A DNA stretch of 64,000 nt from Trueperaceae bacterium (lineage in GTDB: Bacteria > Deinococcota > Deinococci > Deinococcales > Trueperaceae), in the NCBI GenBank assembly GCA_965215565.1, contig CBDCDZ010000004.1, positions 2,496,001 through 2,560,000 on the forward strand, in the 5' to 3' direction. The notes under the pieces are model-generated. The model was not told where the DNA came from. It did no database searches and saw only the letters and a program-made list of their open reading frames with translations. A program made the translations under genes and the position numbers. This document shows positions 1 through 10,077 of this stretch, piece by piece (within the stretch, counting starts at the first letter, position 1; every line of letters begins with the position of its first letter).

Positions 1-617
1 GACATAAACTCAATTAGCTGCTCCATTCTTGGCTCTGGCTCAGGCTTAATATCAATGTGAGGATGATAATCCTGTTGATCTGGTCCCCAATCGAAATAGA
101 TACCCGTGTTTGGTGTGACTAATTGCGTCGCCTGAGATTCATTTATTGCGAGATGTATACTTGCTAGTTCGATTGACTTCTTATCCCCTACAAGTCTCGC
201 GATGACGGATAATTTGTATATACCTGCGAGAAACTTAAAGTTAGCCCCATCTTTTGGTAGCAAGAAGTGATGATTAAAGGTAACGCCCTCTTGTGGAACA
301 AAAAGACCGCTACCTCTTTTCAAATCGTCTTTTTCACCGTACACCCATATGCTGAAGTTTTGTTTTGACTCGTTTCGCTGTAGCGATATATGAAGACTCT
401 CGAGAACTTGACCACGCTTTGAAGTGCTATAGAGAAGGGTGCGTAAGTATATCTTATTTTCGCCTCCTTCGAATTTAGAACCATCAGGACCAAAAAATAT
501 AACCGTTGGTTGAGTCATCACCAACTTGCCTCTACGAAAAAAGGTAAGCCACGCCGTTATTCCCGAAACGAGTAGCGCTGAACAAGAGATTGCAAAACTA
601 AACCACAACACTGTCAT
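1..617 (-). CDS. AT-rich hypothetical protein with N-terminal transmembrane helix (partial, runs off window start)
   Basis: Manual translation from ATG at 617 is open to position 1 (MTVLWFSFAISCSALLVSGITAWLTFFRRGKLVMTQPTVIFFGPDG...). Missing from the ORF track because it has no stop inside the window. Confidence 0.75.
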   Translation of the reverse strand, partial: MTVLWFSFAISCSALLVSGITAWLTFFRRGKLVMTQPTVIFFGPDGSKFEGGENKIYLRTLLYSTSKRGQVLESLHISLQRNESKQNFSIWVYGEKDDLKRGSGLFVPQEGVTFNHHFLLPKDGANFKFLAGIYKLSVIARLVGDKKSIELASIHLAINESQATQLVTPNTGIYFDWGPDQQDYHPHIDIKPEPEPRMEQLIEFM

Positions 618-643
618 CGAATTACACGCTCCACCGTCATACT

Positions 644-672
644 GAAAGGGGCGAGCCTGAAACTCACCCCTC
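644..672 (-). terminator. Probable intrinsic terminator after sucB
   Basis: Minus strand GAGGGGTGAG-TTTCAGG-CTCGCCCCTT-TC hairpin about 20 nt after the sucB stop. Confidence 0.6.
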
Positions 673-692
673 AATCAACCCCTTCTAAACTC

Positions 693-2126
693 TCAAACTT
701 CCAACAACATCCGCGCCGGACGCTCCACCGCCTCTTTCACCCGCCGCAAAAACGTCACCGCCTCACGCCCATCCACAATTCGGTGGTCATAGGTCAGCGC
801 AATGTACATCATGGGCTTAATCACCACTTGACCGTCTTCGGCAACGGGGCGCTGCTGAATAGAGTGCATCCCTAACACGCCGGATTGGGGCGGATTGACA
901 ATGGGTGTGGACATCAAGGAGCCGAACACGCCGCCGTTCGAGATGGTGAAGGTGCCGCCTTGCAGCTCTTCGGGTGAAATCTTGTTGTTTTGGGCGCGTT
1001 TGCCGAAGTCGCTCACCGTCTGTTCAATCTCAGCAAAGCTAAGCCGCTCGGCGTTGCGGATAATCGGCACGAGCAAGCCTTTTTTCGAGGAGACCGCCAC
1101 GCCGATGTCGTAGTAATTCTTATAGATGATGTCCGTACCCTGAATCTCGGCGTTGAGTTGCGGAAACTGCTTCAAGGCGTCAATCACCGCTTTGACGAAG
1201 AAGGACATGAAGCCTAAGCGCACGCCCTCGTAGCGCTCGGTGAAGGCTTCTTTGTACTCGTTACGGAGCGCCATCACTTCGCTCATGTCAATTTCGTTGA
1301 AGGTCGTCAAAAGAGCGGCGTTCTGCTGCGCTTCGACTAAGCGCTCGGCGATGCGGCGGCGCAGGGGGCTCATCGGCACGGCTTCCTCTTCGCGGTCGCT
1401 GCTGGAGGATGCAGGAGCCTCTCTCTCTTGCTTAGGCGCTTCTTTCTGCTGGCTCTTCTGCGTTTCTTTTTGCTGAGAGGAGCCTTGCTTGTCGCCCTGC
1501 TCACTGCCCTGCTTCTTCAAGTACTTCTGCACGTCCTCTTTTAAGAGGCGTCCACCCGGACCCGTCGCCTCGACCTGGTCGGCGCTGACGCCATTTTCTT
1601 CTAGGAGACGTTGCGCGGCGGGCATGATGCGCGGTTCGCCATCTGAATCTGACGCGGAGGTTTCTTCATCCCCTTCGTAACCGCGCTTCTCGGGCTCGCC
1701 CTTCTCCACATCTTGCTCGGGGCTGACGCCCGCCTCGCTGTCTTGGTCGGCAACTTCATCGGCTTGCGAGGACGCTTCGGTTTGCTCGCCCGAGTCCGCT
1801 TCGACCTCTTGGGTTTCGGTGTCCTCCTCTGACTCGGCTTCAGCCGCTTGCGCGTCCTCCGAACCTGCGTCCTCGCCCGCTTCAGCCCCTTCTTCTGATA
1901 TATGCGCGATGACCTCGCCGACCTCAGCGGTATCACCTTGCTGCTTTAAGACTTTGGTGAGCGTGCCGCCCACCGAGGCAGGCACTTCTAACGTTGCCTT
2001 ATCGGTCTCGACTTCGACTAGCGCTTCGTCCTTTTCAACCGTGTCACCCTCCGACTTGAGCCATTCGCCGATGAACACCTCGGTAATCGACTCGCCGACT
2101 TCGGGAACTTTGAGTTCTACTGGCAT
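693..2126 (-). CDS. sucB: 2-oxoglutarate dehydrogenase E2, dihydrolipoyllysine succinyltransferase
   Basis: Lipoyl domain (VETDKA), long acidic linker, E3-binding domain ([11 protein letters not shown]), catalytic DHRIVDG motif; directly downstream of sucA. Confidence 0.97.
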   Translation of the reverse strand: MPVELKVPEVGESITEVFIGEWLKSEGDTVEKDEALVEVETDKATLEVPASVGGTLTKVLKQQGDTAEVGEVIAHISEEGAEAGEDAGSEDAQAAEAESEEDTETQEVEADSGEQTEASSQADEVADQDSEAGVSPEQDVEKGEPEKRGYEGDEETSASDSDGEPRIMPAAQRLLEENGVSADQVEATGPGGRLLKEDVQKYLKKQGSEQGDKQGSSQQKETQKSQQKEAPKQEREAPASSSSDREEEAVPMSPLRRRIAERLVEAQQNAALLTTFNEIDMSEVMALRNEYKEAFTERYEGVRLGFMSFFVKAVIDALKQFPQLNAEIQGTDIIYKNYYDIGVAVSSKKGLLVPIIRNAERLSFAEIEQTVSDFGKRAQNNKISPEELQGGTFTISNGGVFGSLMSTPIVNPPQSGVLGMHSIQQRPVAEDGQVVIKPMMYIALTYDHRIVDGREAVTFLRRVKEAVERPARMLLEV

Positions 2127-2182
2127 AATTTCTCCCTGCTACATTAAAGTGTCGTTATTGTATACCAAGAGGCGTAAATTAA

Positions 2183-2219
2183 GAGGTGTAGCGCTGCTTG
2201 TCAAGCAACGCTACACCTC
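2183..2219. repeat. 18-bp intergenic inverted repeat between sucA and sucB
   Basis: GAGGTGTAGCGCTGCTTG-T-CAAGCAACGCTACACCTC; the one mismatch is a G-U pair on the transcribed minus strand. Confidence 0.8.
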
Positions 2220-2247
2220 AAGTTCATAGGGTTAGTCTTCAAATCAC

Positions 2248-5031
2248 TTAACCGCTGGCGAAAGCCTCTTTAAGAAGCTCGGCTTGCTCCAACTTATGTG
2301 CGCTCCCGGAGCCCGTCGCGGGGCTCGCCGAGGCGGGGCGCGTCACGCCCGAGAAGGGCGAGCGTCCGAAGAGGTGAGAGCCGAAACGCACGCGCAAGAA
2401 CTGCCACGCGCCCATGTTCGCGGGCTCCTCTTGCACCCAGACGACGTGGACGCCGTCGGCGTAGTGAGCGAGAGCAGCCTGTAAGTCCTCGTCGGACAAG
2501 GGGTAGAGCTGCTCAAGCCGTACGATCGCCACGTCAAAGCGCTCTAACTTCTCGCGCTCAGAGATGAGGTCATAGTAAACCTTACCCGAGCAGAGCAGCA
2601 CGCGCTGGACCTTTTGCGCGTCCACCTCGGTGTCGGGGATGACGCGCTGGAATTCGCCGTTGGCGAGTTCGTCTAGCGATGAACTCACTTGCTGGTTGCG
2701 CAAGAGGCTTTTAGGAGCCATCATCACCAGCGGCTTGCGCCAGCGGCGCAGGACTTGGCGGCGCAAGAGGTGGAAGTACTGCGCGGCGGTGGTCGGGTAC
2801 ATGACCTGCATGTTGTCCTCAGCGCAGAGCATCAGAAAGCGCTCGAGCCTAGCCGACGAGTGCTCCGGCCCTGAGCCCTCGAAGCCGTGCGGCAAGAGCA
2901 TCACTAAGCCCGAAAGCCGCCGCCACTTGTCCTCCGCCGAGGCGATGAACTGGTCGATGATGACCTGCGCGGCGTTGTTGAAGTCGCCGTATTGCGCTTC
3001 CCAGATAGTGAGGCCGTCGGGCCAGTCCAGGCTGTAACCGTATTCGAAGCCCAAAACGCCCGCCTCGGAAAGCGGTGAGTTGTAGATTTCGATGGGGGCT
3101 TGCTCGAACTCTAGGTGGCGCAGGGGCATGTAGGTGTGCCCGTCCTCTACGTCGTACAGGGCGGCGTGCCGCTGACTAAAGGTGCCGCGCACCGAGTCCT
3201 GGCCGCTCATGCGCACGCGGTAGCCTTCAGTGAGGAGGCTCGCAAAGGCTAAAAATTCCGCCGACGCCCAATCAACCGGGCGCTCGCCCTGGGCTATCTT
3301 CTCGCGGTTTTGGGTTGCCCGTTCGATCTTGGCGTGCGGGTGAAAGTCTTCGGGGAACTGGGTTTGTGAACGCAGGAGCTTGACGAGCTTGTCCTTTTCG
3401 ATGCCCGTCGGCACGTCATCCACCTCTTTGTCCTTGCCGCCGACGTAATCTTTCCACAAACCTTCGCCCGCCTGATAGTAGGGCGTGTACGAATCGCTCC
3501 GAGCGGCGGAGAGTTCGGTCTCCAAATCTTCACGGCGGCGCTCGGCAATCTCGTCTATCTCTTCTTGCGCAACCTGACCGAGCTTTAAGAGGCGCTCCGA
3601 GTAGGCCTCGCGTACGCCCTTGCGGTTACGAATCGCCTCGTACATAAGAGGTTGGGTGAAAGACGGCTCGTCGCCCTCATTGTGACCGTGTTTGCGGTAG
3701 CAGTACATGTCGATGACCACATCACGGGAGAACTCGCGGCGGAAGTCCATCGCCAAGTTGACGACTTGCGCTACCGCCTCGGGGTCTTCACCGTTGACGT
3801 GGAAGATAGGGATTTGCAACATCTTAGCGACGTCACTGGCGTAGGGCGTGCTGCGGCTGTCCTTGGGTCCGGTGGTAAAACCGAGCTGATTATTGACGAT
3901 GATGTGGAGTGACCCGCCGATGTGGTAGCCGGGCAGCTCGCTCATGTTGAGCGTCTCTTGCACGACGCCCTCACCGATAAAGGCAGCGTCACCGTGAATC
4001 ATGATCGCTAAGCCGCGCTCGCGCTCCGCGTCGCCCAGGCGGTCTTGCTTGGCGCGGACGCGCCCCATCGCGACGGGGTTCACGAACTCCAGGTGAGACG
4101 GGTTGAAGCAGAGCGAGAGGTGGACCTCTTCGCCCGTGTCCGTGACCCAGTCGCTCGAGTACCCCAGGTGATACTTCACGTCGCCGCGCCCCCGGTGCAT
4201 CTCGGGGTCTTTGTCCTCGAACTCCCGGAAAATCTGCTTGGGGCTCTTGTCCATGATGTTCGCTAAGACGTTTAAGCGTCCCCGGTGCGCCATGCCTAAG
4301 ACGATCTCTTCGACGCCTTGGGAGCCCGCTTTGTCGATGGCGAGTTCTAGGAGGGGAATTAAGCTCTCGCCCCCCTCCAGCGAAAAGCTCTTCGCGCCCA
4401 GATACTTCTTCTGGATAAACTCCTCGAAGATGACTGCGTCGGTGAGCTTAGTGAGGATGCGCGTCTGCTGGTCGTGCGTGAGGTCGAGGTGATTTTCCGA
4501 GGTCTCCATGCGCCGCTGGAGCCACTTGCGCACCTGCAAGTCGTCGATGTGCATGAACTGTGCGCCGATGGAGCGGCAGTAGGTATTTTGCAACCTTTCG
4601 ATGACTTCGCGCAAGGTGAGTGAGTCCGTGCCGGGTATCGTACCGGGGGCGAGCTTGCGGTTCATGTCCGACTCGGAGAGGTTGTAGTAAGCGGGGTCGA
4701 GTTCGGGCGGCTGCTCTTTGGGCATCCCTAAGGGGTCTACGTCCGCCATGATGTGCCCACGCACGCGGTAGTTACGCACTAAGCGTCCGACGATTTGCTG
4801 CAAAGCAGCGTCACCTTGCGTGGCGTCTTGAGCGGCAACGTGCCCGTTCATTGCACCAAAGAGGCTCTTGGGTTTGAACGAAGGGCTGAACGAGGTCTGC
4901 CCGCCATTTTTGTACCCCTCGAAGTAAGCGCGCCAGTCGGCGTCTACCGACTGGGGATCGTCTAGATAGGCTTCGTAGAGGTCTTCGACGAACGCCAAAT
5001 TAGTTGGGTTGGGTAAAGCGGTGTCGCTCAT
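2248..5031 (-). CDS. sucA: 2-oxoglutarate dehydrogenase E1 component
   Basis: [20 protein letters not shown]-binding [26 protein letters not shown] motifs. Confidence 0.98.
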   Translation of the reverse strand: MSDTALPNPTNLAFVEDLYEAYLDDPQSVDADWRAYFEGYKNGGQTSFSPSFKPKSLFGAMNGHVAAQDATQGDAALQQIVGRLVRNYRVRGHIMADVDPLGMPKEQPPELDPAYYNLSESDMNRKLAPGTIPGTDSLTLREVIERLQNTYCRSIGAQFMHIDDLQVRKWLQRRMETSENHLDLTHDQQTRILTKLTDAVIFEEFIQKKYLGAKSFSLEGGESLIPLLELAIDKAGSQGVEEIVLGMAHRGRLNVLANIMDKSPKQIFREFEDKDPEMHRGRGDVKYHLGYSSDWVTDTGEEVHLSLCFNPSHLEFVNPVAMGRVRAKQDRLGDAERERGLAIMIHGDAAFIGEGVVQETLNMSELPGYHIGGSLHIIVNNQLGFTTGPKDSRSTPYASDVAKMLQIPIFHVNGEDPEAVAQVVNLAMDFRREFSRDVVIDMYCYRKHGHNEGDEPSFTQPLMYEAIRNRKGVREAYSERLLKLGQVAQEEIDEIAERRREDLETELSAARSDSYTPYYQAGEGLWKDYVGGKDKEVDDVPTGIEKDKLVKLLRSQTQFPEDFHPHAKIERATQNREKIAQGERPVDWASAEFLAFASLLTEGYRVRMSGQDSVRGTFSQRHAALYDVEDGHTYMPLRHLEFEQAPIEIYNSPLSEAGVLGFEYGYSLDWPDGLTIWEAQYGDFNNAAQVIIDQFIASAEDKWRRLSGLVMLLPHGFEGSGPEHSSARLERFLMLCAEDNMQVMYPTTAAQYFHLLRRQVLRRWRKPLVMMAPKSLLRNQQVSSSLDELANGEFQRVIPDTEVDAQKVQRVLLCSGKVYYDLISEREKLERFDVAIVRLEQLYPLSDEDLQAALAHYADGVHVVWVQEEPANMGAWQFLRVRFGSHLFGRSPFSGVTRPASASPATGSGSAHKLEQAELLKEAFASG

Positions 5032-5338
5032 GCTGGTTCACGCATAGCAGGGTCTAGCTGCCATCCTTTTGAAGCTGCGTAGACGCCCAAAACCGCGCTT
5101 CAAACGGCTCCAGGACAATGGGCATATCTTAGCAAGATACTTACTGAAATATGAGTGTGAAAAGGTGAAATATTACACCCTGGATTCTTGAGGTTGTATG
5201 AGAGAGAATTTTGGTAAGCTCGAGTCCTTTGCATAACAAAATGACGGAATACGCAACGTGTGGTGTCCTCAGCAGTGTACAACGCACACCCTCTTATGAA
5301 CGCACACTGGGCGACGCATTTTAGGTTACCGTTGAACC

Positions 5339-5812
5339 GTGAACGAACCGAAAGAACACCTCATCGGCGTCATCTCAGATACGCACGGGCTTTTGCGCCC
5401 TGAAGCGTTAGAGGCGCTGCGTGGCGTCTCCCTCATCCTCCACGCGGGCGATGTGGGCAAACCGGAGATTTTGACGCGACTTGGAGAGGTCGCGCCTGTC
5501 AAAGCGGTGCGCGGCAACGTCGATAGAGGAGATTGGGCGCAGCAACTACCGGTGACGGAGGTTGTTGAGATTGGCGATGTGTTTTTCTACATGCTGCACA
5601 TCTTGGACGACCTGGGCCTCGACCCCGTCTCAGCAGGGTTTAAGGTCGTCGTGTTCGGACATTCGCACAAACCGTCGCAAGAGGTCAAAAAGGGCGTGCT
5701 CTACCTCAATCCGGGGAGTGCAGGGCCGAAGCGGTTTAAGTTGCCGGTGTCGTTGACGCGCGTTAAAGTGCGGGAACAAGGGGTCGAGGTGGAGGGGCTC
5801 GAGCTTGGTTAG
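5339..5812 (+). CDS. YfcE/MJ0936-family metallophosphoesterase
   Basis: ISDTHG, HAGD, RGNVD, GHSH and NPGS motifs. Confidence 0.9.
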   Translation: MNEPKEHLIGVISDTHGLLRPEALEALRGVSLILHAGDVGKPEILTRLGEVAPVKAVRGNVDRGDWAQQLPVTEVVEIGDVFFYMLHILDDLGLDPVSAGFKVVVFGHSHKPSQEVKKGVLYLNPGSAGPKRFKLPVSLTRVKVREQGVEVEGLELG

Positions 5813-5875
5813 TTCTCAGGTCCTGAATCCTTTTCAAGCCCTCACGTGTCCCTAGAGTCAGTATCTTAAAACTTA

Positions 5876-5986
5876 TAGCAGTTCCACTTATCATTGCTAC
5901 ACTTCTCCGCAGATATCATCTTTGAAAGTGCGTGCTAGGCGATGTTCTTTTTAGTGAGAGTGTAGCTGACCAGATGATACCTGCTA
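5876..5986 (+). repeat. Dispersed MITE-like repeat family A, copy 1 (contains empty IS110 target ACCAGATGATACCTGCTA at 5969-5986)
   Basis: Ends TAGCAG...CTGCTA. Internal blocks (GCAGATATC, GCGTGCTA, AGTGAGA, ACCAG..GATACCTGCTA) are shared, with variation, by the copies at 21572, 34138 and 61523. Confidence 0.8.
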
Positions 5987-7126
5987 TTAGGGTTTTACGC
6001 GCTTATCTCCCTCGTAACTAAAAAACGCCTCCACGATGCGGTTGAGGTGCAAAAGTCCGGCGTCGGTGGTGCGGAGGTAGGGCGGGGCGTGCTCGAGCTG
6101 CCCCTCTTCAACCAACCTCTCGGTGAGAGGTCTGTAGTAGTTGGTGACGTCAATCCCTGACCTCTTCTCGAGCCTCACCACGTCTACCCCGCGCCGCGTG
6201 CGCAGGCCCGTCATAAGTACATCTTCGGCGTAGCTGAGCGCGTCCACCGGTAACATTTCGGGCAACTCACCGCTCAGCCAACCTTTGATCGCGCGGTTGG
6301 TGCGCCGCTCCCCAATGAGATGCGTTTTGGCCTCTTGGCTCACCGGAACAAAACTCGCGGCGGACGGCCCCAACGCGAGAAAGTGCTCGCCGCGCCAATA
6401 CACCTGGTTGTGTTTCGACTCGTGACCCGGCTTCGCGTGGCTCGAGACCTCGTAACGCTCGAGCCCGTAGAGAGATAAAATTTCGTTCGCCCGTTCGTAA
6501 TCGTCCGCCTCTTTGTCCGGGTCTACCGCGACGCCGCGCCGCGCGAAAGGCGTGTGCGGCTCGATGGTTAGATTGTAGACGCTGATATGCTGCACGCCCA
6601 TCTGCGCGAGCGTATGCAAATCTTTCGCTGCGTCTTGGTCTGGTACAGCCGTGATGAGGTCTGCGGAAACTTCGAAGCCTGCGTTCAATGCCGTCTCTAC
6701 GGCGCGCAAACCCTCTTCTGCGTTGTGCTTTCGCCCTAAAAAGAGCAGCGTAGCGTCTTGGGTGGACTGCAAGCCGATAGAAAGCCGGCTAAACCCTAGT
6801 GATTGGAACGTCTGCAACCTCTTCTCGTCAAAGGTCAGGGGGTCCGCTTCCAGGGTGGTTTCACACCTCCCCGGAAAGCCCCACGTGCTTTGAAGTGCGC
6901 GGACGACGCGCCCTAGCTCCTCGTCCGAGAGGTGCGAAGGGGTGCCGCCGCCAAAGTAGACGGTCTCGAGTTCGCTGGGAAAGTCCGCGTAAAGCGCCGA
7001 GGCTTCTCGCTCCAAACGCTCTATATACGCCGCCACCAGCCCTTCGCTGCGGCGCATCTTGTGGAAGTCGCAGTAGGGGCAGATTTTAGGGCAGAAGGGG
7101 ACGTGGAGGTAGAGCGAACGCGGCAC
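5987..7126 (-). CDS. hemW: Radical SAM heme chaperone HemW
   Basis: LYLHVPFCPKICPYCDF (CxxxCxxC), GGGTPS and HNQVYW motifs. Confidence 0.9.
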   Translation of the reverse strand: MPRSLYLHVPFCPKICPYCDFHKMRRSEGLVAAYIERLEREASALYADFPSELETVYFGGGTPSHLSDEELGRVVRALQSTWGFPGRCETTLEADPLTFDEKRLQTFQSLGFSRLSIGLQSTQDATLLFLGRKHNAEEGLRAVETALNAGFEVSADLITAVPDQDAAKDLHTLAQMGVQHISVYNLTIEPHTPFARRGVAVDPDKEADDYERANEILSLYGLERYEVSSHAKPGHESKHNQVYWRGEHFLALGPSAASFVPVSQEAKTHLIGERRTNRAIKGWLSGELPEMLPVDALSYAEDVLMTGLRTRRGVDVVRLEKRSGIDVTNYYRPLTERLVEEGQLEHAPPYLRTTDAGLLHLNRIVEAFFSYEGDKRVKP

Positions 7127-7200
7127 CTCTTCAGCTTACGGAAAAGAACGCTAGCCGTAGCGTCGCGCCCTGACATGGACGGTGCCCTGTAAACGCGGTG

Positions 7201-9579
7201 CTAAACTTTGCGCGTCAAGACTACGCCTTGGCTGTCCGCTAGCGTCAGGGACCGCTCGGCGTGCTCGAACGCTACGCCGGGCGCGGCTAGCGCGAGCTGC
7301 CAGCCCTCTTGCGGCAGGTCGGGGACAGGCAGTTTTGTAGGCGTCACCTCTAGGGGCTCGCCCTCCATGTTGGCGAGGAAAAGCACCTGCTCGTCCCCAT
7401 CCGGTGAGGTGCGCAGGCTGTAAAAGAGCGTGGCGTCTTCTACCTTGCGCCCGTAATGGTCAGCGCCGCTCAAGTTACGCCTGAGCCAGGGGCGCGCCAG
7501 GCGAAACTCGCGAACGCGGCGGTTAAACGAGGCGCGCTCTTCGCTCAGGCGCTCCGCCGACAGCCCCACGCTGCAGTAGTCGTGCGCGTCGTCCATAAAC
7601 GCTTTGGCGATACGTTTAAGCGCCGCCATTGACAGCTCCGGCCCGGCGAGGGGCGGCTCGACGTCCTTTAAGAGGACGACCATCGTGACCAGGCTGTAGC
7701 TCGTCAGCGTCACGGCTCTGGCGAGTTCTCGCATGAAGCGGCGCAGCGCGTCAAGCTCGCTGAAGCCAAGCGCCTTGAGCCGCCTGAACGCGCCCTCTTT
7801 TACGTAAGCCGCCTCGTCCACTTGCCACCACAAAAAGAGCGCCTCTTCAGAGGCGACTTTCACGCCGTAGAGGTCGTCGGTGTTGCGGATGAAGCCCCAG
7901 GGCGCGTGCATGGAGGCGTTGAGAAAGTCCATCGGTACGCCCGGAAAGCTCGTGTAGGCGAGCAGGTGCGCCGCCGGGTTGTCGTAAGCGTTGCGCAAGA
8001 TGTCGGGGAGGTGCTCGCCCAAACGCTCGTTGATGGGCTCGTTAAGGTCTATCTGCGTGCCGCGCCGCACCGTGTCGTGGTTCGCGCAGCCCGAAATCCA
8101 GTGGCTGCCCTTCGTATAAATCTCTTCGACGCGCCACCAGCGCTCGTTCCAGAAGCCGCGCAAGGCGGGCGTATTGTGCGCGAAGGTGAGCGGTCCCCAC
8201 TGGAAGGCGTCGGGTTGCTGCTTGGTCACGTCGTCGTAGGTGGAGGCGGTGGGCCAGTCTTCTCTGGGCCACGGTCTGCCGTCCTCGAAAACCATCCAAG
8301 GGTGGTAGCGCAAACCCGCGACCTCTTGCTCGACGTCGCTCATCCTCTTCAGGTACTCGTCGTCGTGTTCGACGACTTGCTCGGTTGCGTTCCACAGCTT
8401 GAAATCTTGCGCGCCGTCCACGCGCACGCCGTCCGCGCCGACGTTGACCTTGCGGCGCTGCATCTCGAGCATCGTCGCCCTCACCACCGGGTGCTGCTGG
8501 TTGACATCTTGCCCATACATGTTGGGCCCGCGAAACCAGTAGGAATTGAGCAAGCTGAGCGCCTGGTTATCCGCGTGCCCATAGACGACGTCGAGGATGA
8601 GCTTAAACGGTCTAGGGAAGTTGTGCAGCGCCGCCACGAAGTCCAAGACCTCGTCGGGGCGTCTCGATTCTAAGAGCGTAGGGTTCGTCGCGGAGGACGC
8701 CGACAAGACAATGTCGTAGCCCCAGTTCGTCATGTCGGGGCGGCGGAGTTGGATGGGCAGCGTGAAGACCTCGTCCTCTTTGTTGTCGATCTCTAGAGGT
8801 TGCCAGAAGTGCGGTCCCATCTCATACTCGATGATGGGCTCGAGCGGAAGGGGTTGGACGGCGTCGTAAGCGAGATAAACCTGCTCTTCGGACGTGAGGA
8901 GTTCGTCCGCGCGCACCTTTTCGGCGATGTGCTCCAAAGTGCGCGTCAACCCCGCGAGCGTGCCGTTTGCTGTCGCGGTAGGGATGTGAAGCTGCAGGAT
9001 GTTGGTGGACGGCGCAAAGTTGACGACGTCCCCCTGCGCCGCTTCAGCGAGGTGGGCGTAGTACGCTTTGTCCTTGCGCTCCGCTTGCATCCGCGCCACG
9101 TCGTAAAACTCAGCCGGCGCGAACGCGCCGAAAGGAAGCGAAGCGGCGAGCACGTCCGGCGAGGTTTCCCAGCGTCCCATCGCCTCCCTGTAGGTGAGCC
9201 AGTACAGGCTGCCGAGTTCGCCCCTGCTACCCGCTTTCATCCCCTCGACGACGCCCCACAGGTAGTCGCCCTCTCGCGCCAACGAGACCAACTCGCGCCG
9301 GAACGAAACCTCTTGCAGCGGAGCCGCGAGGTCAACCTCATTAAGAGGTGTATAGACCTCCAAGAAGACGCGCTCTGGCGAGATGCCGCGCTGCGCGAGT
9401 TCGGGCACCCAGAAGCCTAGCTCGGCGTTTCCGTTCACGAAGTGAGCACCCAAGCACTTGACGAGGTGCTGCGCGGCGACGAACGGGTCGTTATAGGTGC
9501 GCTGAATCTGCTCAGCCCAGGCGACGAGAGTGGCGGTAGCGTCCGGTACGAGGCGGCATTGTGTAGATGCGTCGATCAT
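7201..9579 (-). CDS. gghA: Glucosylglycerol hydrolase (GghA/Slr1670-like alpha-amylase-fold protein)
   Basis: Motifs QLHIPTAT, TNWGYDI, DVVYGHADNQ, GPNMYGQD, RVDGAQDFK, GCANHDT and length of about 790 aa resemble the cyanobacterial family. Confidence 0.75.
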   Translation of the reverse strand: MIDASTQCRLVPDATATLVAWAEQIQRTYNDPFVAAQHLVKCLGAHFVNGNAELGFWVPELAQRGISPERVFLEVYTPLNEVDLAAPLQEVSFRRELVSLAREGDYLWGVVEGMKAGSRGELGSLYWLTYREAMGRWETSPDVLAASLPFGAFAPAEFYDVARMQAERKDKAYYAHLAEAAQGDVVNFAPSTNILQLHIPTATANGTLAGLTRTLEHIAEKVRADELLTSEEQVYLAYDAVQPLPLEPIIEYEMGPHFWQPLEIDNKEDEVFTLPIQLRRPDMTNWGYDIVLSASSATNPTLLESRRPDEVLDFVAALHNFPRPFKLILDVVYGHADNQALSLLNSYWFRGPNMYGQDVNQQHPVVRATMLEMQRRKVNVGADGVRVDGAQDFKLWNATEQVVEHDDEYLKRMSDVEQEVAGLRYHPWMVFEDGRPWPREDWPTASTYDDVTKQQPDAFQWGPLTFAHNTPALRGFWNERWWRVEEIYTKGSHWISGCANHDTVRRGTQIDLNEPINERLGEHLPDILRNAYDNPAAHLLAYTSFPGVPMDFLNASMHAPWGFIRNTDDLYGVKVASEEALFLWWQVDEAAYVKEGAFRRLKALGFSELDALRRFMRELARAVTLTSYSLVTMVVLLKDVEPPLAGPELSMAALKRIAKAFMDDAHDYCSVGLSAERLSEERASFNRRVREFRLARPWLRRNLSGADHYGRKVEDATLFYSLRTSPDGDEQVLFLANMEGEPLEVTPTKLPVPDLPQEGWQLALAAPGVAFEHAERSLTLADSQGVVLTRKV

Positions 9580-9905
9580 AACCGTTTCAGCCTACCTCAT
9601 AATATTGTGGTGCGAAAGACCGCGTAAGTGGAGCGGAGTGCGAGTTCTAAGGCGTAGAGTACGTTTTCAAATCGGATGCCCGAGTCACTTGTAGTGTGCT
9701 GAGCGCATTTTTAGGAGGAGTACTAGCTCGAGCAAAGCCCTCTAAACCTCCCTCCTTGCCCACTTTTTCACACCCTTCACTTGCTCTTCACGTTCTTACA
9801 GAAATCTTACAGACCGAGCGGTTGGCTCGGCTTAAACTACATATATCACTGAGGGGAACGAACCCCACCCCTCGGAAGCGATGACACTTGTTCTCTATGA
9901 ACCTT

Positions 9906-9957
9906 TAGCAGGCAATGACTTGCTAGGCACGCATCTCTAACCAGATGCTACCTGCAG
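9906..9957 (+). repeat. Short degenerate copy of repeat family A
   Basis: TAGCAGG...TGCTAGGC...TAACCAGATGCTACCTGCAG. Confidence 0.5.
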
Positions 9958-10077
9958 CTAAAGGCTCTTCTGGGCGCTTGGAACAAGTCGAGCTAGTAGC
10001 GCAACCGGCCGAGGGTAGCTCTTTGCTACGACTTGGTATCCACTACACTTTCTCATGGGGTTCCAGGGAGCAGAGCT

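Noticed and set aside
9787..9803. Possible radiation/desiccation response motif (RDRM)
   Set aside because: Only the right half (ACAGAA) fits; the left half breaks the palindrome.
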